From a virus, in the IMG/VR virus record IMGVR_UViG_3300045541_000163: DNA of 64,000 nucleotides. The stretch is one strand, 5' to 3'. Below the pieces are notes generated by a model. The model made no database searches. It was not told the DNA's origin and saw only the letters and a list, made by a program, of their open reading frames with translations. Shown one piece after another: positions 20,901 to 27,565 of the stretch (position 1 is the first letter of the stretch; the number at the start of each line of letters is the position of its first letter). The position numbers and the translations under genes are program-made.

Positions 20901-22832
20901 TACTTCGTCCACAGCACCGTAGCTGCCGGCTGTTACGCCTGTGTTGCTTAGTGTTGTAGTAATTTGAATATTAGCACTGCCGTCAAATGATGCTAGACCA
21001 GTTACATCGCTTATTAGTTCAATGTCACGAGCTGTAACAAACTTACCATCTAAATTGGCTTCCAATGTTGCCTTAGTACCAGTGAATACTTCACTGTTGT
21101 TGCTGGCACTCTTTAATAGTTTGAATACACCGTCTGTTGTGTCGTAACCAAAGAAGCCAGTGCGTGTAGCAGTGTCATAATACTTGAATTCAATACCACG
21201 GCCTTTACCGTCATTACTGTTATATGTTCCTTGACCAACTGTCAATACGGGATCAACAATGGTTGTAACTGTTGAATCAACTTGTACAGTTGTACCTAAA
21301 ACTGTTAGATTACCGTCAACTGTTAAGTTAGTGTTAATAGTCATGCTACCTGTAACAATAGCATCGCCGTTAACGTCAAGTGCAGCGGCCGGTGTTGTAT
21401 CATTAATACCAACAAAGTTGTTTGTTGGATCGACATACAATACACCGCCGTCAACATCTAGGAAGCCTGTTACTGTTACATCAGTAAAGTCAGCAGCAGC
21501 AGGTGTGCTAGAACCAATTACTGTACCGTCAATATTACCGCCATTGATATCAACTGTAGCAAATGTGCTTGTACCGGAACTTGTTATGTCACCAGTTACA
21601 TCACCAACTAAGTCACCGTTGAATTGTGAATTAGCTGTAATTGTTGTACCAGTAATAGCTTGTGGAATTGTGCCGCCAATGATTGTATCATCGATAGTGC
21701 CGCCGTTTACATCAATATTACTAAATGTGCTTGTACCAGTGCTGGTAATATTACCAGTTATATCACCAGTTACATCACCAACCAAGTCTGCTGTGATAAC
21801 GCCTGCAGCGAAGTCACCGCTGGCATCGCGAGCAACAATAGTGCCGCTTGTGTTTAATGCAGTGGCATCACTGCTAATAGTGATAGAACCAGTTGATTGG
21901 TTAATACTTAAACCAGTTCCACTTACAGCGGCGCTAGTTACGCCATCGTTAGTAAATGTGATAATATCAGTAGTTGCATTTGTTGTGATAGTTAAGCCTG
22001 TGCTACCAGCAAAAGTAACTGTATCAGTTTCTGTATCTGCAACAACAGTTGTCTGTCCACTAACTGCAATTCTGTCAAATTTGTTTGGATTATTTAGGGT
22101 AGAACTTATTAAACCGGTAGTATCATCATATGTGAATGTAATACTTGCGTGTGTGCCGCCTGTTAAGCTTGCTGCGGCGGTGTCTTCTACAGCTTCTTGC
22201 CAGTCTGTAATCTGTGTGCTAGGAATAGCAATACTAATGTTTGATGCGCTAGTAATGCGACCTTTAGCGTCGACGGTGAACTCGCCTACTTGAGTTGCAC
22301 TGCCGTATGTTTGAGCTGTAACACCTGTGTTGACTAGTGTTGTTGTAATGGTAATATCAGAACTAGCGTCAAAACTAGCTGTACCTGTTGCGTCGCCGCC
22401 TAGACTAATGTTTCGAGCATTAACTAATGCGCCGTCTAGGTCAGCAGTAACTATATTAGCACTAAAGTTACCAGAACCATCTCTAATAACTAGAGTATTT
22501 GAAGTATTATTACTGGTTGCGTTAGTACCAACATCTAATGTATCTGTTGCAGCATCAGTGGTAACTACAATACCGCCTGATCCTGAAACTGTTAAAGTAG
22601 AAGCAGCAGCATCAGCAACAATGTTACTTTGCCCGCTAACTGCTACGGTTTTAAAGTTATAAACAGCAGCAATAGAGTTGTCAACATAAAGCTTGTTTGC
22701 TGCTTCTGTGTTTGCTGTCGGAGTACCAACAGTAACAGTCTTAGATGTTAGTGTAAATGTACTGTTAATCTCGTTGCCCGTAATTAAGAAACTTGGGTCA
22801 ATCGAGATATTTTTAATTTTGGTCAATGCCAT
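14991..22832 (-). CDS. Giant repetitive fibre/virion structural protein (2613 aa)
   Basis: Intact ORF with AGGAG RBS; 14 STF..(D)INGG modules; runs of (D/N)(V/L)TG; modules shared with neighbouring fibre genes. Confidence 0.88.
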   Translation of the reverse strand: MALTKIKNISIDPSFLITGNEINSTFTLTSKTVTVGTPTANTEAANKLYVDNSIAAVYNFKTVAVSGQSNIVADAAASTLTVSGSGGIVVTTDAATDTLDVGTNATSNNTSNTLVIRDGSGNFSANIVTADLDGALVNARNISLGGDATGTASFDASSDITITTTLVNTGVTAQTYGSATQVGEFTVDAKGRITSASNISIAIPSTQITDWQEAVEDTAAASLTGGTHASITFTYDDTTGLISSTLNNPNKFDRIAVSGQTTVVADTETDTVTFAGSTGLTITTNATTDIITFTNDGVTSAAVSGTGLSINQSTGSITISSDATALNTSGTIVARDASGDFAAGVITADLVGDVTGDITGNITSTGTSTFSNIDVNGGTIDDTIIGGTIPQAITGTTITANSQFNGDLVGDVTGDITSSGTSTFATVDINGGNIDGTVIGSSTPAAADFTDVTVTGFLDVDGGVLYVDPTNNFVGINDTTPAAALDVNGDAIVTGSMTINTNLTVDGNLTVLGTTVQVDSTVTTIVDPVLTVGQGTYNSNDGKGRGIEFKYYDTATRTGFFGYDTTDGVFKLLKSASNNSEVFTGTKATLEANLDGKFVTARDIELISDVTGLASFDGSANIQITTTLSNTGVTAGSYGAVDEVATFTVDSKGRLTAAGIASIAIPSTAVTDFDEAVRDAAALMITSATHTNVSVTYDDGADTLSFSVPGAEAYSNFAVSGQTTVSADQASDTVTFAGSTGLTITTDALTDTITFTNDGVTSAAVSGTGLSINSSTGAITITSDATSANTAGTIVARDGSGDFTAGTITADLVGNASTASTWETARTITLAGDLSGSVTIDGSSNETLTVTIEPDSVALGTDTTGDYVEDLIAGVGIQISNTGGEGSTPTITNDDKGSDQMIFKSIAVAGETTVTAASNTETLTLVAGTGVTLTTDNTTKEITITNAGLNAFKYVAVSGQTTVAADTPDDTLTLVGGTAISLSTDPTTDAITIQNDGVTSLSTSGVGISVNTNYGVVTLTSDATPSNTAGTIVSRDANGAFNAGDIGAEDITADSLTTVNGVTVGTLTSGRVTFASTNGLLSDSSDLTFNSGTSTLTVPNVTADLTGDVTGNVTGNLTGDVTGNITSSGTSTFATVDINGGNIDGTVIGATSAAAITGTTITASTGFTGDLTGDVTGDVTGDLTGNVTGNVTGDLTGDVTSAGISTFATIDINGGNIDGTTIGATTAAAGTFTTVNGTTITASTGFTGDLTGDVTGDVTGDLTGNVTGNVTGDLTGDVTSAGISTFATVDINGGNIDGTTIGATTAAAGTFTTVNGTTITASTGFTGDLTGDVTGDLTGDVTGNVTGNVTGDLTGDVTSAGISTFATVDINGGNIDGTVIGATTAAAGTFTTVNGTTITASTGFTGDLTGDVTGDLTGDVTGDVTGNVTGNVTGNVTGNLTGDVTGNITSSGTSTFATVDINGGNVDGTVIGATTAAAGTFTTVDATTSLTAATITNSALTATRVTFAGNAGLLSDDANFTFDSATDTLSVTNVTATDVDATNLSASSLTAGRVVVVGAGGALVDDAGMTYDSASDALTVGDITATTGSIANMDFSTDTISTTSGDIVLNPASGIIDAGTSTISNVVDPTSNQDAATKKYVDDSLNAIDSLTIDGDTGGPSTVSFATDTLTLSGTANEIETSVSGQTITIGLPSDVTIGNDLTITGNIAGVVDITTTGDVSIGGNLTVQGTLTSLQTTNTEINDNIITLNKGEAGAGVTAGTAGIEVDRGTSDDAKLVWDETTDTWNFLVGTADADINASTITATTGFTGDLTGDVTGDLTGDVTGDVTGNVTGNLTGDVTGNITSSGTSTFATVDINGGNIDGTVIGGTTPAAVTGTTITATTGFTGDLTGDVTGDVTGDLTGDVTGNVTGNLTGDVTGNITSSGTSTFATVDINGGNIDGTVIGATSAAAVTGTTITATTGFTGDLTGDVTGDVTGDVTGDLTGNVTGNVTGNLTGDVTGNITSSGTSTFATVDINGGNIDGTVIGATTAAAVTGTTITATTGFTGDLTGDVTGDVTGDVTGNVTGNLTGDVTGNITSSGTSTFATVDINGGNIDGTVIGATTAAAVTGTTITATTGFTGDLTGDVTGDLTGDVTGDVTGNVTGNLTGDVTGNITSSGTSTFATVDINGGDIDGTIIGATVAAAVTGTTITATTGFTGDLTGDVTGDLTGDVTGDVTGNVTGNVTGDLTGNVTSSGTSTFATVDINGGDIDGTIIGATVAAAVTGTTITATTGFTGDLTGDVTGDVTGDLTGDVTGNVTGDLTGNVTGNVTGDLTGNVTGNVTGDLTGNVTSSGTSTFATVDINGGDIDGTVIGASTAAAGTFTTVNGTTITASTGFVGDLTGNVTGQVTDISNHILDDIGDVDLTGLQDGDTIRWNATTSSWEPSISGGFQMRRQRFTANGTSSSFTLNNAPEGRDFLIVTVSGVPQGGDTFSVSGTTLTLGGTPQNGEIVEVIDFSTGVFSPAPNSTDDIAEGSSNFYYTDTRVKTLMGNGTLNSNIIPATDITFDLGSASKRWRDLYLAGNTIYLGDAQIKWDNVANAVRFLDANGDPVAVDLGTTLDPDISIDGGSF
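15676..17440 (-). repeat. Coding repeat block: seven STFATVDINGG modules with intervening runs of 8-14 12-bp (D/N)(V/L)TG units
   Basis: Counted from the translation; synonymously diverged 12-bp units such as gttacatcacca and gttacgtcgcca. Boundaries approximate. Confidence 0.9.
18390..19530 (-). repeat. Coding repeat block: five modules of the same family, intervening runs of 8-11 tetrapeptides
   Basis: Counted from the translation. Boundaries approximate. Confidence 0.9.
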
Positions 22833-22873
22833 CGCGGTGGATCTCCTGGTTAAAAAGGGTGATTAATCTTTAT

Positions 22874-22908
22874 TATTTACCAGAATTTGAAAATAGCTGT
22901 TATTTACT
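22874..22908 (-). promoter_or_regulatory. Two tandem late-promoter boxes (AGTAAATA, GGTAAATA) for the 2613-aa gene
   Basis: Boxes at 22908-22901 and 22881-22874. Confidence 0.6.
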
Positions 22909-22968
22909 ATTCTAAATCAAACGAAAGTAGGTGGCAGAAAGAGCCGGGGTTTACAGTAGTTATTAATG

Positions 22969-22991
22969 AAAAAGCCCCGGCGGGACTTTTT
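22969..22991 (-). terminator. Intrinsic terminator
   Basis: Minus strand AAAAAGUCCC-GCC-GGGGCUUUUU (one U-G pair) ending in a U tract. Confidence 0.78.
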
Positions 22992-23025
22992 ATTACACTT
23001 ATAGTATTAGTAGAACGAAGTTTCC

Positions 23026-23292
23026 TTACATATTTGCTATTCTAGATTTAAAATCAGCAAAGTCAGTACTATCAGTGACAATTTGCTTAAGAGTAGACGC
23101 GGAAACAAATGCTGTTGCACCATTGCTATCTTTAATAACGCCACCGCCCGATTTTGATGTTATCTATAGTTTCGATTTTCAAAGCATTTATGTTATTGTC
23201 ATACAACATAAATTTGCCGGTCTCATTGTACCGGCATTTTGATCTGTACTAAAAATTTGAAACTCGTGGGTAAAATCGTTATTATCAGACAC
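23026..23292 (-). pseudogene. Small ORF (~88 aa) broken by two compensating 1-nt frameshifts
   Basis: GTG at 23292 and TAA at 23026 are in the same frame. In-frame TAA, TGA and TAG occur at 23190, 23181 and 23166, while an alternative frame is open across this stretch. The C-terminus LKQIVTDSTDFADFKSRIANM looks like a phage fibre-type ending. Confidence 0.6.
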
Positions 23293-23310
23293 TGCTGTCT
23301 CTTTTATTGC

Positions 23311-23700
23311 TTATACTGTTACTAAATCTATAGTGGCAGTCCAATTTATTGTGTCGCCTGTGAGACCTGTAACTGTCAAAGTAAGTTCGTCGCTGACAAA
23401 ACTTATGGTAGGTCTAACAAAACTATTTGTATCTACAAATGTATCAATGACATAACCACTAACTCCTGACCCAGGAATGTAACAACCCTTAATTGTATAT
23501 GCGGCTGCGGCTGTGCCTTGGCCTACAATGTAAGCAGTAAAGAAAACTGTGGAGGTTGCTGTGTAACTTGTGCCGCCACGATCAAGCAAAGTTGCTGTGG
23601 AATTTGTTGTTGTTTGGCCAGTTAAGGTAATTCTTTGATTGTTGATGCCTATTTTAAATCGATCAACAGTAGTACCATGAAGTTTTTGGTATATGTCCAT
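23311..23700 (-). CDS. Virion structural protein, hypothetical (129 aa)
   Basis: Thr-rich, beta-rich ORF; TATAAATA late promoter 5 nt before the ATG. Confidence 0.75.
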   Translation of the reverse strand: MDIYQKLHGTTVDRFKIGINNQRITLTGQTTTNSTATLLDRGGTSYTATSTVFFTAYIVGQGTAAAAYTIKGCYIPGSGVSGYVIDTFVDTNSFVRPTISFVSDELTLTVTGLTGDTINWTATIDLVTV

Positions 23701-23719
23701 ACCAATATTTATACAAAAT

Positions 23720-25540
23720 TTAGAACAGGCGTTCTATACAGATAAAGTTGTTGAGCCAACTAGGAGCTATCATCAGTGTAACACGATACATCCTATTATT
23801 TGTTTTATCAAATATATTGTATGTTGATGTATCACCTTCAGTTGAAAATTGCCAATTGAACAGCGAACTAGATGCTGTAGTAGTATATGTAACATTATTA
23901 GCAGAACTGCCGCCGCTGCCTCCTGGGACTGCATACCAAGCGCCAATATTAGCCACAAATGAAGTGGATACTGCTCCCAGACTTAGTCCACGATTACCAC
24001 TGGTTGTGACAGAAACTTTAATATTGTCTAATGTCAAGTATGTGCCGGCATTGACATAACCAGTTTTTTTCCACATTAGCTCACCGGCTATACCAGTAGG
24101 TGCTTTAGATAAATCAATGTGTACGCCTCTGTAGTCACCACCATTTTCAAAAATTCTAAGTCTGTCTTGGTAAGTATCAAAGTAGATGCCGCCATTGAGT
24201 GTGGCATTTGGCGGCTTTGCCAGTTGTATCTCACCGCCTTCGTCACCCGTGGCATTTGTTGATACTAGAATACTTGCGGTTCCACTTAACAAGTTTCCGG
24301 TATCAGTTAGATCACTAACATCGGTAGGAATAGTTGGCTTGTTGGTTAAGTCGTTGTAGTTGCCGCTAAATGAACCTGCGCCGCCACTAATACTAGTAAA
24401 TGTAAAGTTGCCAGCACCGTCTGTGGTCAACACTTGGCCGGTCGAGCCGTCAGTGATGCCTAAGTCGTTTAAAGTTAAACTATCATTGATCCACTTTGTT
24501 CCGTTCCAAACTAAAACATCACCGTTAGTAGGAGTAACCACATCTGTATCAGTTAAATCCGTAATTTCATTAGGTATGCTAGGTAAGTTTGTTAAATTAT
24601 TATAGTCCCCGTCGAATAATAAACCTGTCGAATCAGTAAAGTCACTTAAATCTGTAGGCAATGTTGGTTTGTTTGATAAATCGTGATAATTTCCGCTAGT
24701 AGCCACTGTAGATAATAAAGGAGGTCCAAGAAGATCACTATAGTTCAATTTAGTGTTTACAAATGTTGTTCCATTGTATCGCAAGACTTGGCCTGCCAAA
24801 GGAGTATTAACACTTACATCAGCAAGGCCATCTAAGTCAGTGGCTCCAACACTGCCGCTAACTGTTGTCCAAGTTAGGCCGCCGCTGCTGTTTACTGCTA
24901 AAACTTTTCCAGCAATTGGATTGTTATCTGTTAATAGTTTTTCAGAACTAACTGTAGCGTCACTAGGAGTACCAATACCGGTGGTTCCTACATCAATAGC
25001 ATAAAAACTGCTAATTGATTGAGGAGCTTCGCTAAAAATAATGTTGTCACCATTTGTGGTATACGCAATACCTGGCTCTTGAATAACACCGTCAATACTT
25101 ATGATTAATACATTTTGACCTAAAATATTAGCCGCTGCACCATTGGCTGTTAATGTAAACTGAGTTTGAACGCCGTCAAATTGACTGCTAATATCATCGA
25201 GCTTTCTAATACTACTAGTAGCTTCGTTCTTGGGAAATATTAAATGATGTACAGTAATGTAGCCGCCTGCAGCAGGCGATGTAGTAAATTCTAAATTTCC
25301 TGTATTATCTAAATCGTAGTCAATTGTGGGAACTAATAACTGGCCGTTAAATGTTACTAATAGCGCACGACTTGTTAATGGCTTGGGATTACTTAAAGGA
25401 AAAACTGTCTGAACACCATTAGCAACAAAAGTATCAACAACAAACGCTGTGGAAGGTCTTTGAGATGTTGGATGAAATCCAATATAATTTGGACTTAGTT
25501 GTTCGCTGTCAGTAGATGATACTATACCGATATAAGCCAT
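23720..25540 (-). CDS. Tail fibre-like structural protein (606 aa)
   Basis: DTFVANGVQTVF, LDDISSQFDGVQTQFTL, IDGVIQEPG modules and SGxYxDLxNKP repeats typical of T4-like fibre proteins. Confidence 0.8.
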   Translation of the reverse strand: MAYIGIVSSTDSEQLSPNYIGFHPTSQRPSTAFVVDTFVANGVQTVFPLSNPKPLTSRALLVTFNGQLLVPTIDYDLDNTGNLEFTTSPAAGGYITVHHLIFPKNEATSSIRKLDDISSQFDGVQTQFTLTANGAAANILGQNVLIISIDGVIQEPGIAYTTNGDNIIFSEAPQSISSFYAIDVGTTGIGTPSDATVSSEKLLTDNNPIAGKVLAVNSSGGLTWTTVSGSVGATDLDGLADVSVNTPLAGQVLRYNGTTFVNTKLNYSDLLGPPLLSTVATSGNYHDLSNKPTLPTDLSDFTDSTGLLFDGDYNNLTNLPSIPNEITDLTDTDVVTPTNGDVLVWNGTKWINDSLTLNDLGITDGSTGQVLTTDGAGNFTFTSISGGAGSFSGNYNDLTNKPTIPTDVSDLTDTGNLLSGTASILVSTNATGDEGGEIQLAKPPNATLNGGIYFDTYQDRLRIFENGGDYRGVHIDLSKAPTGIAGELMWKKTGYVNAGTYLTLDNIKVSVTTSGNRGLSLGAVSTSFVANIGAWYAVPGGSGGSSANNVTYTTTASSSLFNWQFSTEGDTSTYNIFDKTNNRMYRVTLMIAPSWLNNFICIERLF

Positions 25541-25543
25541 TTA

Positions 25544-25780
25544 TTATTTGTTCCAGGTATTCAAAATTGCGTCTTCAATTTTATTTATGAGACTATCGCC
25601 AGCAGCGGCTCGGCCCCAATGACCTTTCGGACAAGATGCGAGTGCTAATGTAGTTTTAGCTGGCATGAAACAATGACATATACCACATGTGTTTGCTACA
25701 GATATATGCTCGCAATTTTTACATATTGCCCAACGTTGTTGTTTTACTTCTTCACTAACTGTTTTAAAACTTATAGTCAT
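25544..25780 (-). CDS. Small Cys-rich protein
   Basis: CKNC...CGICHC...CPKGHW pattern with six Cys. Confidence 0.75.
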   Translation of the reverse strand: MTISFKTVSEEVKQQRWAICKNCEHISVANTCGICHCFMPAKTTLALASCPKGHWGRAAAGDSLINKIEDAILNTWNK

Positions 25781-25782
25781 TA

Positions 25783-26103
25783 TTAAACCTCCATAACACT
25801 AGCAAATGCAGTTATGGCAACTCCTGTATTACTTTTAATTCTTACACTATCACTGGCTTCTAAATTAATTGGTTTTTCTAACATCAGTGTAGTGTTTGCT
25901 CTTAAAGGCACTTTGTCCAATATTGGAATGTTTACACTAGCACTACTGTCAACAATTTCTAGAATAACTTCGGCATTACTACCGATACTATTATTACTGA
26001 TATAAATTGCATGTACCACAGTAGTACCACCGGCTGTATACAATGTTGAATAGTTTGTATCGGCGCTTGATATCATCACATTAGCATTTTTAAAAGTTGC
26101 CAT
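25783..26103 (-). CDS. Small beta-sandwich-type virion protein
   Basis: MATFKNA start; GGAGG RBS within the preceding gene's ...IVFGG end; beta-rich composition. Confidence 0.78.
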   Translation of the reverse strand: MATFKNANVMISSADTNYSTLYTAGGTTVVHAIYISNNSIGSNAEVILEIVDSSASVNIPILDKVPLRANTTLMLEKPINLEASDSVRIKSNTGVAITAFASVMEV

Positions 26104-26104
26104 T

Positions 26105-27493
26105 TTATCCTCCGAATACTATCGCATACATTAAGGCGTCAGTATCAGTACCAACTTTTTTACCGTTGATGTTAACGCTGCCTGTACCATTGCTTGCTAG
26201 ATTCAAGTCGCCATTGGTATCTGCTGCGCTAATAGTATTTCCACTTATATTTACATTTCCTGAAGTAATTCCAGAAGTCGTTACCGATCCCACATAGATA
26301 TTATTCCATTGTTTAGATATGGAACCTAAGTCGTAAGTTAATGTAGTTTTTGGTATAAGGTTACTAGTAATATCGGCTGTGATATTCACTGTGTCAATTG
26401 ACTGATCACCAATTGTAATATTACCACCGATGACTACATTACCATCGACATTTAGATTTCCACTAATATCAGTATTGCCTGCAACACTTAAAATACCACC
26501 AACATCTACATTTCCAGTAGAAGTTAGTGTTGTTGTATCGATATGATTGGTAGCAGTTAAATTAGTTGCTGTTAGATTAGAAGCAGTGGTGGTTCCTATT
26601 AGATTAGTTGTGCCAGTGACTTCTAAATTGTTATTAACATCTAAGTTTCCAGATATAGTAGCATTGTTATTAACAGTTAATGAATCTGAAGTTAAAGATG
26701 TTGCAGTTGATGAACCAATTAAGGTAGTAGTCCCATTTACAGTTAAATCTGTAGTGACTTCTAAAGATCCAGGTGCTATTAAATTTAATGGAAGACTAAT
26801 TGTTAGTACATCACCGACTACTGCTGTTTGTATTTGATATGTAGTACCATTGACTGTTAGTGTACCTGTAGCCAGATCAACTGACCCACTTGCTGAATCT
26901 CCAGAGACATTTAAAACGCTAATAGCACTAGCAGCATTGTCTACATAATCTTTAGTAGCTGCATCTGTAGCTGCATTAGGTGTTCCTAAATTTGATATCG
27001 TGTTGCCAGATACATCAATGTTACCAGTTGTAGAAGTTATAGCATCAGCTGAGATACTTAAATCGCCAACGTCTATTTGTTTTAGTGCCAGTGTACCATC
27101 ATCGCCACTTACAACTTCACTGCTAATTGTTGCATCAGGAATTAATCGAAACTTACCTAAGCTACGATCGTAACCAAAGAATCCTGTTTTATTTCCGTAA
27201 CCGTCGTTGTAATAAAATGCAACACCTCGATCCTTACCATCGTTGACATTGATAGGATTTCCGTCAACATCTGTACCTAACAGTAAAATAGGATCAACCA
27301 AAGAAGATGTAGTCGAGTTGATTGTAGTAGTGGTACCCTGAACAGTAAAATTTCCTATAACATTTATACTGCCGTTTACATTTACTAATCCACTGTCAGG
27401 TGTAAGTTCAATATTAGAACTGTTACCAGAATTAAGATTTAGAATATCTAAACCTTCAATGGTATTTGTAGGGTGGTTGATATTTATTGCCAT
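26105..27493 (-). CDS. Fibre-type structural protein (~462 aa); probable start at the second Met (27493)
   Basis: [15 protein letters not shown]...DGKDRG...GFFGYD module, DAATKDYVD, hydrophobic ALMYAIVFGG end; GATAAATA lies 5 nt before ATG 27493. Confidence 0.8.
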   Translation of the reverse strand: MAININHPTNTIEGLDILNLNSGNSSNIELTPDSGLVNVNGSINVIGNFTVQGTTTTINSTTSSLVDPILLLGTDVDGNPINVNDGKDRGVAFYYNDGYGNKTGFFGYDRSLGKFRLIPDATISSEVVSGDDGTLALKQIDVGDLSISADAITSTTGNIDVSGNTISNLGTPNAATDAATKDYVDNAASAISVLNVSGDSASGSVDLATGTLTVNGTTYQIQTAVVGDVLTISLPLNLIAPGSLEVTTDLTVNGTTTLIGSSTATSLTSDSLTVNNNATISGNLDVNNNLEVTGTTNLIGTTTASNLTATNLTATNHIDTTTLTSTGNVDVGGILSVAGNTDISGNLNVDGNVVIGGNITIGDQSIDTVNITADITSNLIPKTTLTYDLGSISKQWNNIYVGSVTTSGITSGNVNISGNTISAADTNGDLNLASNGTGSVNINGKKVGTDTDALMYAIVFGG

Positions 27494-27498
27494 AGTAA

Positions 27499-27537
27499 TA
27501 TTTATCAAAAATGAAAAAGGGCACCGAAGTGCCCTTT
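27499..27537 (-). terminator. Intrinsic terminator after the capsid gene, followed by late promoter GATAAATA
   Basis: AAAGGGCAC-UUCG-GUGCCCUUUUU; promoter at 27506-27499. Confidence 0.92.
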
Positions 27538-27565
27538 GTGTACGAAAGTATAATCCTCGAAAGAA

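Noticed and set aside
11474-22662. Many long plus-strand ORFs (up to 700 aa) antisense to the fibre genes
   Set aside because: They are Val/Pro/Thr mirror translations of repetitive sense codons that rarely create antisense stops; they have no RBS or promoters. The same applies to the antisense ORFs over the 606-aa, 462-aa, scaffold, core and tape-measure genes.
10915-27493. Diversity-generating retroelement or invertible shufflon acting on fibres
   Set aside because: No reverse transcriptase or recombinase in the window; no template/variable repeat pair with adenine-specific differences or flanking inversion sites noticed by eye.
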